A stretch of 64,000 nucleotides of DNA. Origin: Camelus dromedarius (Eukaryota). The stretch is taken from NCBI RefSeq assembly GCF_036321535.1, contig NC_087436.1:101000001-101064000 (forward strand), in the 5' to 3' direction. The position numbers and the translations under genes are program-made. The notes under the pieces were generated by a model. The model had not been told where the DNA came from, ran no database searches, and saw only the letters and a program-made list of their open reading frames with translations. Positions 27,921 to 41,556 of the stretch are shown piece after piece (the stretch's first letter is position 1; every line of letters begins with the position of its first letter).

Positions 27921-29248
27921 TGTTGGGAGTTTTTCAAACAGACCCGGGGAAAGGGCACGCCAAACAGAGAGACCCAACTATGCAGAGGTCTGTGGACAGG
28001 AGAGATTTTACCCATTGAGAAAGAGATGGGGGCCAGAGCACAGTGTGCATCCAGAATAGAAATGTAGGTAGAAATGGGATCAGGAAGGCCAACTAATGAC
28101 TTCAGAGCTTTCTAGAATAAGAGGACACACATTGCTGAATGAAGATTAATGGTCTAGCCTTTAATGGTTAATGGTCACATCATTTCACTCATGCGTGTAA
28201 TGAAAATGAAAAGGCTTTGTTTACGTTCACAAGTCTTAATTATGCTGTTTTAAGGAACACCACAGATAGTGCTGCCACAGACATGCACACCTATATACAC
28301 ACTCACTGCTTTTTTTTTTTTTTAAAGACATCTGTCAATAATCTTCCTAGCCCAAAGGTAGTGTTTTAGTCACGTCTCAAAGATTCTGATGGAGTCACAA
28401 TTATGTAGTGCAGAGTCTCACACATCCTCAAAACAAGCCCCTGCAGGAGCTAGGAGGACCAGTTCCTCCAGTGAAAAAGGAAATCAAGAAGGTGGGCGTT
28501 TCCCTGTGATGAGTGAGTGTTTATGTTTCATAGGTGATGACTCTGCTGGAGTTTGAGCCCTGAGGGACTAGCTCCTTTCAAAATGTAGCAGCCTGAACCA
28601 GGCAATCTTGGGACTGCTGAAGGAAATAGTCCCCTCCATCCCTCTCAAATACCACCAGCTGAGTTGACAAAAGGAAGTTTTGCAGAAAGTGATTAGCATA
28701 CATTCAGCTCCTACATCTGGAGGACAGCGCTTTGTAGGGTATTCAGATTTATCTGAACTGGATTATTCTTAATTTTCTATAACCAGATGAATAAGTATTG
28801 TAATTGATGTGCATCCAGTTTTGTCCATGCTTTGGAAAATTCAAATGCTATCATAATTGCACTGAGTTCAAATTCACAAACTTTTCCCATTTTACACATT
28901 TCAAAGGTATGTTATATAAAAAGGATTTGTAGAACGTTGAAAGTGGGATATATAAACACACAAGGCCCATTTTTTTCCTGTGTAATCAGTTGAGGAGACT
29001 TCATAGCACCTTCCTCTGAAAATGGTATCATTAATTCTTCCATACGCTTAAAAAATAATCTACAACTGGGCAGGGAATTCTGAAATGCACAGCATGCTGA
29101 AATATGCAAAGATGTACTCAGGCTGAGCAATCCTTCCCTATCAGTAGGCTCTGTCCAGCAGGTGAACGAGTCTTGTAAACGTAAGAAAGACTGTTAACGG
29201 AGAACGCAGAAGAGGGGCAGTTGCTCTGCTTCGTGAGAACCACCATAC

Positions 29249-29344
29249 CTGTTGATTAATGGAGAGGCCTTAACAGCACTCTTCTTCCGTGCGTCTTGCC
29301 ATGAGGAAAGGGGAGGAGGGGAAAGGTGGTGATGGCAGCAACAC
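29249..29344 (-). CDS. PCDH7: PCDH7 alternative 96-nt cassette exon encoding an alternative C-terminus (G)VAAITTFPLLPFPHGKTHGRRVLLRPLH*, stop TAA at 29258..29256
   Basis: Long AG-free pyrimidine tract gctgattttccctttacatatttccccatctcccttccccag|GTG and donor CAG|gtatgg. In frame with the phase-1 upstream donors. The peptide resembles an alternative PCDH7 tail recalled from other mammals (not database-checked). Confidence 0.8.
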
Positions 29345-30329
29345 CTGGGGAAGGGAGATGGGGAAATATGTAAAGGGAAAATCAGCAGCCCCTACACAGT
29401 GGTGTCCATCCACAGACCTCGCCATTAAAACCATTTCCAAAAACCTGAAGCTTGTTTTCTTTCTCTCTTTTTCTTTTTTTTTTTTTTGAATCAAGGTAAA
29501 TTTCAAAGATCATTTAAACAAATTCAGTATTTCAAAAGGTGTTCATCTGAACATTCTCACAACAGTAATCTTCCAAGTCTAGGACAGGAGGGCTGCTGCC
29601 CTGGAGGGGCTACCATCTTATTTTCACTTTTGTGACTAGACAGAGTAGCTTAAGGCAGGATTTTGATATATGGGTTTAGTTTTTTTTAACAACAGATGTA
29701 AGAAATATTATAGGATGAACAATACCAACTATATATGTATTTTCTCCCAGCACACAGTAAGATTATTATCATTTCTTCATTTTGCCTCTACCCCATTGCT
29801 GTATAACTGACTCACGATGTATTTTCCTTTTTACATTCTCCTATGGGCATTTAGTTTTGATATCAAAACAATTGCAACTTGTGAAGTTGATTTAGTAGAA
29901 TTCCTATACCCTGCGAGAGGTCAAACTGATAAAAGCTGTAAAAAAGTCTCATATTTTAATTTTATTTTTGTAGACATGGCTTTAGCTGGACTATATGTAA
30001 TTTAAAAAAATTAAATATATAAAATTATTTGGAAAGAATAAACCGAAAACTTTTAATAAAAAGTTGATGATAACAGGAAATTATTTGAATTTTAATAGTG
30101 ATTAACTACTTTAAGAATATCCATATATGAGACAACTCTACACCTGAAAATGAAACACTGCTACAAGTTTGGCTCTCAGTGTTTGTTTTTAAAAACATCT
30201 TTAACTTTGTATGTTTATATTTAAATACAAACTTCATATGAAAATGATTTTTTACAGTATTTAGAAAAGTTTTTATACATAGTGGAACTAAACTGATTTA
30301 AAAATATGCATATTTTATGAAGACAAGAA

Positions 30330-30473
30330 GCGGTATTCCACGGTGGTGGGGGTGTTAATAATGGAGACGGCTATGGGTGTGTGGAGGCAGGGTATATCTC
30401 TGTACCTTCCTCTCAATTAATTGTGTTGTGAACCAAAACTGTTCTGGAAAAAAAACAGTCTTTTAAAAAAAAA
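30330..30473 (+). mobile_element. Old L1MC-type 3' end fragment
   Basis: ggtgggggtgttaataatggagacggctatg...atctctgtaccttcctctcaatt...tgtgaaccaaaactgttct resembles the L1MC 3' terminus, followed by an A-rich tail. Confidence 0.75.
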
Positions 30474-33400
30474 GTTTTGTAAAATATTAAAAAAAATATG
30501 AGGAAATTAAATTTTTGCCTCTGAAAAAAATGTTTTTGATCCTCTCACAATACATTTCTCAGTGTAATATTTACAGAAGGGCTGGGGCATTCTTGAATTT
30601 TTCTCTAAGGACAGGGATTTTTGTGAATACATGTTTGCATTCTTGTGTCTGAATGTGATTCTAACCTTTAATCCTAATGTTTAGGAAAGCAGCTATCACA
30701 AAGATCTTTGGGGTTTGGAGCATAAGCCTTTCGGTCTTGCCCTAATCCTATTTAGATAGGGTATCTCAAAACTTTCCAGTTTCTCAACTCCTCTGGTCTT
30801 TGACACACTGCTCACTATTAGCCATCATCTCTGTTTAAAATAACATGACCCACCTAATACTTAAGCAAGAGTATTAGTCAGCCCTTGAATTGGGAAATTT
30901 GGAAGCTAATTGGTTATCATAAGAGATTAGCATCAAAGAATTCTGAGGGCATATGCACTATCTAGCCCTTTTGAATTAAAGAAACAAACTCAAAGTAGCA
31001 AACCTAAGTTTTATCTGATATGATCGAACATAACTTCTTGTAGCTTTCATTTTTTCTTTCATTTTGTATTTAATTTAAAAAATATTAACTACCATTACAC
31101 AGAATCTTTTAAAATTTAAATCCCCCTCCAAACCAACATATTCCAGTAATATCAAAGCAAACGAAATATAATTATTCCTACATTTAAATATACCTGAGTG
31201 ATTATCTGGAGATCAGCATTTTATCTTTAGAAGAATCAAACTGGGGAAACTTGCAAGCCAGGAAAAAAAAAAATCCACATGCTCTTAATCTGTGGTAAGA
31301 TCCTTGAATCTAGCATAAAACACAGCATTTTTTTGGTATATGGATTCCTAATATCCTAAGGATTTTATATATGGTAAGTTCTTCCTTTGATCTTAGGAAG
31401 GGTAGATTATTATGAGTTAGTATATTTGGAAATTAGCACCATACTATAAAAGATACCAAAATAACAAAAGGTGTGCTTATGAGAAACTCTGGAAAATAAA
31501 TATACATACACAAAACAGATAAACACTAATAGTACAACTTATCCAGATGTAACAAGTAATATAAAATGGTTTTATAAATAGCCAAGTCTATAAACTCCTA
31601 AAACAATGTAGAATGGTAACAGGAGAGATTAAACAGAAATTTTAGAGTCATGAATTCATAGAGTGGAAAACAGAACTTTATGGATTAAGGGAAATAAAAA
31701 TGAAAGCTTTTTTTTTTTTTTTAAATATTTCAAAGATAGGAGCCAGGTACTAGAGGGGTATTTGTAGATATTTGTTTCTAGACAATGTTACCAGCTAGAT
31801 TTTCACCTGGATAAAAAAGGGAAAATGGACCATATGATATTCAAAAAGAAGTGGTGGAGAGAAGGTTTGTGATTATTATTAAGTAGCACTGACAACAGAG
31901 AGTTTGTAATGAGATTGATATTCCCAAAGGACAGAAATTCTTTGTCATGTAGATGAAACAAGAACATCACAGCGAATACTGTGGTTCAGCCCTTGTAAAG
32001 TCTGTTTCTCTTTTCAGAAAGACGTATGATTGAAGAGGAAATACTGAAACTAGGGTGCTGATACTAACGGCTGTGTGATTTAGTGCAATGAGCACAGGGA
32101 ACACAGCTGCAATGCCAACGAGAAATAAGGCACAAGACCTGCTTCATAGCCTCAAAAATACAATCTTTAGGAGGGGAACAAAAACAAGGGTCAAACTTTG
32201 TAGTGCTTGGGAGTTAAAAGCGAAGGGATACGGGGAGTGAACTTTGACAAGGCACATACTGAGCTGCTTCTTAAAGACACGGTGGGCTATGGACAAAGGA
32301 TGAAAGGGGGAAAAAAAAAGCAGTTTGCAGAAAAGGAAGCTGACACAGCCTAATGCAATGTGGTGGGAAGGACGTGGTTTAGTGCTGGCAAGTCTGAGCT
32401 TAGTCCAACCAGAACAGATTATTTGGTGGGAGGAACAGAACACTCCTTGATATGCAGAAGAGACACATCAAAAAAAAATATATATATATATAGGGAGATT
32501 AATTAGGCAGTGAGACTGCTGTTCTCTGCTTAGTGTCCTTAAACCTATATCAGAACCTGACTTGTCTGGTACAAGGATATAAGAGAAAAGGCCATTGCCA
32601 TACCACATAAACATCCCTGATAACAGTATCGTTTTCCTTACCCTATTTGGGAGATCCATCTTAAAGTAAGTTTTCTCTTAACAATTAGAAAACAGATATT
32701 TTAGCTCTGGTTCTGACTCTAAAACTCTCCCACAGTCTCTCACATTCCTACCCAGGGCTCTTTTGAACATGAACAGTCCTGTATATTCCTCTTGGGGGGC
32801 CAGGCTCCAGGCAGTGATCCGGTTCACTTTTCTTTCATTCTCTTTCTTGCTGATAGTGGCTGGATAGTTATCAAAAAGGACACTTTATTAATCTTAATGC
32901 TAGGGTCCACAGTGTGTCTAGGCAGGGCGGGAGCGTGGAGGGCCAGCTAACTCCTGCCTGACTGCCTGGCAGGATTAAGATCTGCCCTGGTAGCGTCAAG
33001 GAGAGATGGAATCTGAAAACCTCTGCAAAGGAAGGAATGCTATGTGTTCTTCCACCCTCAGGAAACTGCTCTACTTCTGACACTGCCCAGTTCAGTTTTT
33101 GTTAAGGAGTAACAAAGAGTATTTTTATGTATAAAATAAACAATCCTATAAACCACAGACGAGTTTATCAGTCAGCACTTGAATACTGAGGCCACAAGGA
33201 GGAAAAAAAACAGAAAATACAAAAGGGACTAACATCACTGCACAGGCACCACTGGGAGGTTTTTTTTTTTAATCAATAAAAATTATGACTGATTTAAAAA
33301 GAAAGAATGGTTATTAATCCTTTATTCAGCTCTTTAAGGACGTGGTGTATTTCTCGTGCCTTGTATTGTATTTTATGTTCCTAAGATATAAAAGTATAAA

Positions 33401-34286
33401 TTGCTTAGCTTAATGGCAATACAAATCTGCTAAATAACAGTGTTTGATGTTACCAGCTACCAGCTTTAATAAAACAATTGTGCAGTGAAGAAATTAGGAA
33501 ATAATATTAAAGAGATGTAAGTGTAAACCTTTTTTACTGAATTACATTTTAACTGGGTTTAGTCTATGTAAATTTACAGTCTGATGTATTAAGGCTTGTC
33601 CATGATGCTTAAGATCTCTTATCTCAGTAAAAACATGAAATATTCTTTTGGTTTTTTTTTCTCTTTAACTGAGGATGTTCATTAATTTTATTATCACACA
33701 CTACTTCCTAAAAATAACTTTTCATCATGACAATTAGATTATTGCCATATACAAATCTAAATCTGCGATAAAACTTTCTGACAATTGTATATAAATTTCA
33801 AGATTTAGTTGCATTAAAAACATTTTATAAAGGTTGTCACAAATCTATAATATTTTGCTTTGCTATTTTCAAATTTCTAATGTTTGACTAATCTGCTCTC
33901 TAAAATATCTCACAATTTATCACTATAATAGAATGACCCAATGTGCCTTCTATACAAAATAATAGGCTACCCGAGTACCTGGTTAATCATTGATTGATAT
34001 ATTGAATAATGTGCACTTCAAATTTTAATTTTAATTAATACACAGTTTTACTCAATATAATTAATATTCTAAATGTAGGTTTTCCTAAAAAATACACTTT
34101 AATGTGGGTTTTGCTCATTCTCTTCTTCGCATTGTTTGAGTAAATGTATAAAACTATGGAAATCCTAAGTCCTCACATTGGACTTTTTTAGCCTCTACAA
34201 CTAAAAGGTTTTATATCAATTTGATTATTTGGTTTTGTCCCTCGAATATTTCAAGAGTGTTCAGTCTGTGCTAGATGCTGCTTTAG

Positions 34287-34552
34287 CCGGTGGTGCTTAA
34301 ATATTTGGGTTTCAAGACTCCTCTCGCCTCTTAAAAACTGTGGTTGACCCAAAGCCCTTGTATTTTCATGTGGGGTATACCATCCTTGGTATTCATTACA
34401 TTCAAAAGTAAAACTGACACTTCAAACATAATTACTGTAAATGTATTTGAAAATAGCCAACGTCATTTCATGCCAACATAAACTGTTTTATGAAAAATTA
34501 TTACTATATTTTTTAAAACTAAAAAAGAAAGGGGGGAAGAATGGTGCCACTG
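34287..34552 (+). mobile_element. hAT-Charlie (Charlie1-like) DNA transposon terminal fragment
   Basis: ggtttcaagactcctctcgcctcttaaaaactgtggttgacccaaagccc...tatgaaaaattattactatattttt resembles the remembered Charlie1 end. Confidence 0.65.
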
Positions 34553-34714
34553 TGATACGTGTTAACACAGACGTGTGATACGCAGAGAGCTAAGGAGGAG
34601 GGCTCCACAGAAGAGGCGGTACTTGCAGTAAACTTTAAAGAAAGAATTGGCCAGCAGGACAGAGATGTAGGTGAAAGAGGTTAAGACCATTTCAGGGAAA
34701 GAAGGGCATGGCTA

Positions 34715-34950
34715 GACACAGCATGTTGTAATAGAAAGAACATGCTTTTTTGGCTTGACAGATTTTTTTCAAACCCCATGTCAGCTATTTTGGCTGCATG
34801 ACTTTGAGTAAATCGCCTAAGGTCTGTGAGCCTCCCTTTGCTCTCTTGTGAACTAATAAAACCTACATATTAAGAACATCAGGAGGATTAAGAGAGATGA
34901 AATATGTAAAGTATTTTCACATGTGGCAGTTAATTAGAACACTCAATAAT
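34715..34950 (+). mobile_element. MIR SINE relic
   Basis: tgactttgagtaaatcgcctaaggtctgtgagcctc...gaggattaagagagatgaaatatgtaaag...cactcaataa. Confidence 0.7.
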
Positions 34951-36159
34951 ATATTGCATTCTGTTGCATATTTAAGGAGCGTGAATTGGTTATCACGCTG
35001 AGAGCACAGAGTAGAGTGAGGTGGGAAGCGGATGGAAGTTATAAACAAGAGTGAAAAGGGCAGTGATTACACAGAGTTGGTAGGGAGGCTAAAGGTGGCT
35101 ATGAGCGATTTGAAAAACAGAAATACAATAATATGGAAGGAACTACCTTGGAAACTCCAAAGAGAAGCACTTCTCATGCAGATCTTAGCAAACTCATAGA
35201 AAACCCTGATTTCCACCCAGGGTCATCCTACCCTCTTCCAGGAAATAAACAAACTGCAATTTTAGAGAAACCATATTCCAGTAGCATCATAAATACAAAA
35301 TGAATATGTAAAAAATAAAACGGATGGAAGAAAACTTACTAAGACAGACATTTAACCAACCTCTTCCACTGCTAATAGAAATTTACTTGACCTGAATCTC
35401 CCAGCTGTCTTTGAAATTAGATTTCAATTATATTTGAGCAATGAATGAATGACTATATAAATAAATTTATATTTAAACCCATATGAACAATGTACTAAGA
35501 ATTTGAACTGGCAACTATGACGTTCTTAACCTGGAACTGAGAATTAGGAGACTCAAAGAATCTACTAGTCAATGTCAGTTTACCTAGAAAACAGTTTAAT
35601 TAAAAGTGTGGTACACATAGAATGTTAATGATTTTTCCCCATGATAGTGGGTACCATCCAGAAACTATCTTTGACCTTCAAGGACCTTCATGGATAGACA
35701 TCAAAAAACATCTCTCAACTATAAAATATTTTGTGTTGATGCACCTTAGTTCTGTCAATTAGGATACAGAGAAAAATATATATCTATATCCTTAGTAGAG
35801 AAGCATGGTTTCTAAATATAATACAAACTCTTCATTGAGGCCCAGGTTTAGAATTTTATGAAACACAATAAATATCCTGGTTCACGTACAGACACCTGCT
35901 GCAGTAATACACCAAAGATCAGTGAGAACAATAGGAATTTTAGGTGAGAATGTTTGCAATATTCTACAAAGAGTTTAGGATTGGCCCATTCCTTTTCTTA
36001 CAAAAGATGTTTATACTAGTCTATCATTTGGACTAATTTCTCTACTACCACAACTCAACCCAGACTAAGTTATCAGAAGAGCAAGCAAAGAAAATAAAGC
36101 ATACAAACTAAGGAAATACTGGAAATTGTGGTTGGACCTTGAACCCAGGACCCAGAAAA

Positions 36160-36300
36160 TATTCACTTATTCTTTGATTAATTCAACAAATATATACTGA
36201 GCATCTACTCAATGGCAGGCCCTGTCCTCGAACCTGGAGATAAAACAATCATGAAACATGGTCTCTCGCCTCATGCAGCACAAAATCTAGCAGGTAAGAC
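36160..36300 (-). mobile_element. L2 LINE 3' end relic
   Basis: attcaacaaatatatactgagcatctact...caggccctgtcct...ctggagataaaaca...ggtctctcgcctcatg. Confidence 0.7.
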
Positions 36301-38385
36301 ACTGAATAAATAAATAAATAGAGGGTCCTACTCCACCCAGAACACATACAAATAATTCAAGAAATTCCTTTCAAGAGAATGTTGTTGTAAAAAATTATGT
36401 ATCATAAAAAAGAGACCGAGTTCTTCAGTTTATAATTTCTCACATCCTGACTTTGTAAAGACAGATAGTAAAGCTCTACATCCAAACAGACAGGAGTCTA
36501 ACTCCATGTAGCACTCATCATCGAGGACTTAACAATGGCTGTCCTAATAGCTGACATGAAGTCTTAGATGATAACTTTCACCTTCATTTCTCAGGCTTCT
36601 TGTGTGCCCATATGTGAGGGCAGGACACAGGATAATCAACTTATGGTGATAACTTTAGAACAAAATGTCTCTATTTAACCATCCTTCCCTAGAGCACAAT
36701 TTACATAGAGTTTCTTCATTGAAATTTCTCTTTACAATTTTTCTTGCTACCTCCCTTCTCTTAGTATTAACTATCATAGTCTAACTTTGCCAAGTCAAAC
36801 AGCAGTTGTCAATTCTGCCTGAATTTAGCCACATAAGTGTAGTAGTCTACTCATAATTGGGAAACATTTTTTTTTTCTTTTTGTCAAAAACGCTTCAGTC
36901 TTGAATAAGCTTAGCAGAAGCTACGCTAAGCCATTTTGAGTTTATCCAAAAGAAAATGAAAACAAAACGGATGGTTTCCTTTGTAAAGTCGAAATAACTC
37001 CACTCTGCACTGTTATTTATAAATTTAAACCTCAAGGAATGATTATTCATAGATATGTAGAATGGAAGGAAAGTAAAACAGTCTGTTCACCCTACCCTTC
37101 ATTTGAAATACTTTGCACACTGCTCCTAGTTAATGTATTTTAGTTTATTTTAAAACACAAGTTGTTCTTTGACTATAAAACATCTCAGACGCTTAGTAAA
37201 ACTTTTTTTGGTATTATTTTCTTCTCAACAAATTCATATACAACCAGAGAGGCAGTATGCTCTAGGTTGGAATTCAGTTAATACAAGAGAACACATTTTT
37301 CAATACTGTTATTTAAATGACACGAACTACAGTGTCAACTTTGGGCAATGCTAGTCCCTCACAGCATATATATTATTTCATTAGGTATGTATTAATTCAT
37401 AATATTTTATTTCAAGACCATAAAATACGGTACACTCTTGAGAAATCTGACAGATGATAAAACTGCATCAGAGTGGTCATGTACATGTCCATATGTTTTC
37501 ATATTTCTACAAAACTGCTGGTTTCTTTTTATTAAAATCAGCTGTCTGAATGAGTTGACTAGCATCAAATTTAATAAACAGCATATGGAACTGTTAATAT
37601 ATGAGAAGAACCTGTTCTTTCTTTCCCCTGCCACATACATGCTCTTTTACGTTTCAGTTAAGTGATATATTTCTCTGGGTGGGAAAAAAAAAAGAAGACA
37701 TTAAAAATAAGCTGTATACCATGTGAATTTCATTATACAAATAATAGCTAAGTTTATCTTAAGAATATTGTATAAAAGAAACTAAATCTTTGTCTTAGTA
37801 TATTCTATTTGTACATAATACACAAAATATACTTTTTTATTTTGCTTTTGTATATTTTTCCTTTTGTAGAACTGTCTATTATGTGGCTAAACATTTTGAG
37901 TCTTTTAAATCTTTAAGCAATCAGTTAATGGGGGCTCATTAAAAGAAGAAAAAGCTAAAATCACCTCTTTTAAGTTAAAATTTTACTGACCAAATGCATT
38001 GACTTTCTCAATGGATCAAAATCAATTCAGAAAGTGTGATGATAAAAGCTATTTAAAAATTCAAGACAAAAAAAATCCACTGTTTAAAATGTGAACCAAA
38101 ACTTTAAGTTTAATTCCTGAGAGACAAAGAAGGAGATTAAACATATTTTGATATGCCAAATGCAGTTTCAGAGCATTGGTTAGAACCCTGACTCCCTCTT
38201 GCCTACATACTGATATTCCTTATTCTAGGGTAATTACTGGTCTCAAATGCCAGGCCTATGCTTATCAAACTTGGTCTGTTTTTCCTCTAACATGAACTCC
38301 ATTAAACTTCCTACTCTTCATTGACCTTTCCATTTCTTGGCAATGAAAGAAACAGGTAAGGAAATGCATTGAAAGTAGGTATGTC

Positions 38386-38805
38386 TGGACCTAGAGATCA
38401 TTATTCTAAGTGAAGTAAGCCAGAAAGAGAAAGAAAAATACCATATGATATCACTCATATGTGGAATTAAAAAAAAAGAAAAAAAAAAGGACACTATGAA
38501 CTCATCTACAAAACAGAAACAGACTCCCAGACATAGTAAACAATCTTATGGTTACCAGGGGAAAGGGGATGGGAAAGGATAAATTTGGGAGTTTGAGATT
38601 TGCAAATGTTAGCCACTATATACAAAAATAGATTAAAAAATAAATTTCTTCTGTATAGCACAGGGAACTATATTCAATATCTTGTAATAACTTTTAATGA
38701 AAAAGAGTATAAAAACAAATATATGTGTGTATATGCATGGCTAGGACATTGTGCTGTACACCAGAAATTGATGCATTGTAACTGACTATACTTCAATTTA
38801 AAAAT
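38386..38805 (+). mobile_element. 5'-truncated L1 (ORF2 C-terminus DLEIIILSEVSQKEKEKYHMISLICGI + 3'UTR)
   Basis: Direct translation of gacctagagatcattattctaagtgaagtaagc... gives the conserved L1 ORF2p C-terminal motif. The 3'UTR is homologous to the 8951 copy. Confidence 0.92.
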
Positions 38806-40243
38806 ATCTATCTAGAAGAAAAAAGGTTGGCATGCAAATGGAATGTTACATTCTGTGTAAGAGCAAGTACTTACAAAATAAATGCAGGTTCTAAATTTTC
38901 CTACATCTAATTTAGATGTGAAAAGCCAGGCCATGTATGATTACAAATGCTAAAGGCATACCTCTACTGTGGCTCAAGCTCTCAAGATTTCAAATTACAA
39001 CAGCATCCTGTTTTTACAAGGCATTACTAGAAGATTCTCCAGTGTGTATATTAGATTCCTTTATGGAGACAGTCATGTTCCTACAAGCCATAAATTTAAT
39101 AAATCACCAGATATATAACTTTCATCCTCACATTTACATTACCAAGTATTTTATGGCGCAATTTTCTTAGTCATAGCAGTGAGACTGCTCAATGACATAA
39201 ATAAATAAATAAATACTATTTCAACATAAAATCTTTAACTCTAAAGGAAAATAACTCTGCTGGAGTCTCACAAGAATACAATTCACTATTAAGGAGAATT
39301 CAGCTATCAGTAAGGTCGATCTTGGATTGCCTCCATGAAGGTTTATTACAAGTAGTATCAGAAGGACTTTATTATAACAAGTACTGCAGAAGCCAAGGAC
39401 AGAGTTACGGCTGGATTCCAGGGAAGAGAAAAAGAGCTTGAAAAGCTTAATATACCACAATACGGAAATTGTTATTATAAATAACTGGAACATTTACATC
39501 GGATTATCATACATTTTCAGCAGAAACTTGAAATGCCAACCCTGTCCGCATTAGTTTCTGGGCACAGAGTTTCTTGTCGAGACCTGTTGTGCATTAACAG
39601 AGCCAACCCTAAGTATTCCCAGGGATTTTTAGGGTTATATTTGAAAACAAAATCCCTTGCAAGGAAAACTAGAATTTTAGGTATAAAGGATATTTTGAAA
39701 TGATGGAATATTTGAGCAATTTACTGAAATTACTCTGAAGCAGTATTTTTACAATACTCTAAACTAACTCAAACTCACAGCTATTTTAACTTAAACAGCA
39801 CAATTCTCTAAGTTGGAAAAATTGTAAATATACACCTTATTCTTGAGAGGTTAAAAAATGCACTAGAAGGCATTAGAAAACTATACCTACCCTTAAGTTA
39901 ATCTTTTTTAATCTTTTTGTTAGTTTTTTACTTACAGGATTATATTGAATTTCAACTTGGCTTGTTAATTAATGAGAGAAAACGATCAAAAAAATCATTG
40001 CACATGCACTGCAAATTTTCTATTTGCAACTTAATAAACAATTTAATGTAGGGGTATAACTCATTTTTACAATATAAAGTCTCAATATGGCAGGAGGCTG
40101 TCAAATTTGCAAATGATGAAGATACTGACTTTAACAGAACATTTCCAAAATAAAGTCTTTCTGAAGCCATAGTTTATTGGTCAGATTTATTCCCAAGATG
40201 TGCTTTAGCCTTTCAGCCCAGCTCATCGAGGATGGGCTGCGTG

Positions 40244-40245
<2 letters not shown>

Positions 40246-40286
<41 letters not shown>
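40246..40286. repeat. (GT)~20 microsatellite
   Basis: Seen directly. Confidence 0.98.
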
Positions 40287-40287
<1 letters not shown>

Positions 40288-41506
40288 ATGTGTGTTTCCC
40301 AGGTGAGCAGTGCTGAGCAATGCTTCAAATGTGCTCATAAATTTCAGAATGAATATCCAAAACAGACAGTACCTGAGAAGTCAAATTCTCCACGTGTGTG
40401 CCATCACATAAAATATTTGTCCTCATAATTGTTTAGGGAGGCACATCAGGTACAAGCAGATAGTTTGTGAGGTCCAATCAATAATGATACCAGCTAAATG
40501 AATGCAATATATATATATATAGCGGATCCTTCTGCTCTTTGGAATCCATGGCAGTAACCTTTGCTTAGAAAGAATGTGTGTCTGAGCAATAACATGTACT
40601 GATATTTCTCAAGCTGCTAAAATGAAAAGAGCTCAGAGGCAGGCATCTCTCTGTGTAGCTGTATTACATTTTCTGTTCTTTCCTCCCCTATCGAGGCAAG
40701 AGAACTGCCTTAACCACTTCAGAAATGCCCTTCCTTCTTCCCACGGAAGGAACTGAAGGCCTTAGCGCTGATGCTAAAATATATGTAATAGATACAAATG
40801 AGCAGCAGGGACAGATGGGGACTTTCGGCTGCTTAATGACTAGGTCAATTATTAGCAAGCTAAATATGTCAGCTTCTCAGTGAAAACAGATATTTTTACT
40901 TAATCCCATGCTGAAATATGTCTCATCTTTTCGGCATGTGTGCTCCTATATACATGAAGTGTCTATATGTCAAATATAAAAGCAATATTCTTACTTTAGT
41001 GTGAAAACCAAATTACACTATCTTAAATGCTAGTGCCAATTAAGTTAGCAATCCACATTTGTAGGCATATCTTTTTCTGACCACTGAAAATTTTAATAAG
41101 GCATAAAACTTGAGAAAAAGGGACTTGGGAATTCTTTTGTACAGATGATTTATATGCCCTGCAACTTGTTTATGCCAGTGATTTCAAAATTCTTTTTCAG
41201 TTTGTTTTAATGTGTTACTGTATCTAAGGAAGCTTCTTATTCTTAAGCAAGTTGGAGCAAGTTCAATAATTTAGATCAATTGATAGGCATAGTTAAAATA
41301 CGCCCTGGAGAGGCAGGGGGCTTGAGTTGCAGCTAAAAATATGTGTGCCCCAGTCCCGAAATAGCTGTTTTCTAATTCAATCGTATATTATAAAAATTCT
41401 ATTACTTAACACAGTCTAGTAGTATCGAAAGTAGTGATAGGGATATGGAAGTGTTTTTCTTATATTTATCCTACAATTTGAAGAATCTGAAAGAAAAATC
41501 TCTGAG

Positions 41507-41556
41507 TTTTTTGCTTATTTTGCTTATTTTGAAATTTTTTGCTTATTTTGAAATTT
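41507..41556. repeat. Short tandem duplication of ttttgcttattt(tgaaatt)
   Basis: tgcttatttt occurs three times; the last two are followed by gaaattt. Confidence 0.85.

Noticed and set aside
29305..29365. G-run cluster suggesting a G-quadruplex
   Set aside because: Simply the complement of the exon's pyrimidine tract; loops are irregular and it is not present in the pre-mRNA.
38600..38785. 61-aa ORF (and the similar 9218..9448 ORF)
   Set aside because: Lies in L1 3'UTR sequence; not a gene.
40290..40310. ttcccag|GTGAGC recursive-like motif after the (GT)n repeat
   Set aside because: On the plus strand, antisense to PCDH7, with no evidence for an antisense transcript.
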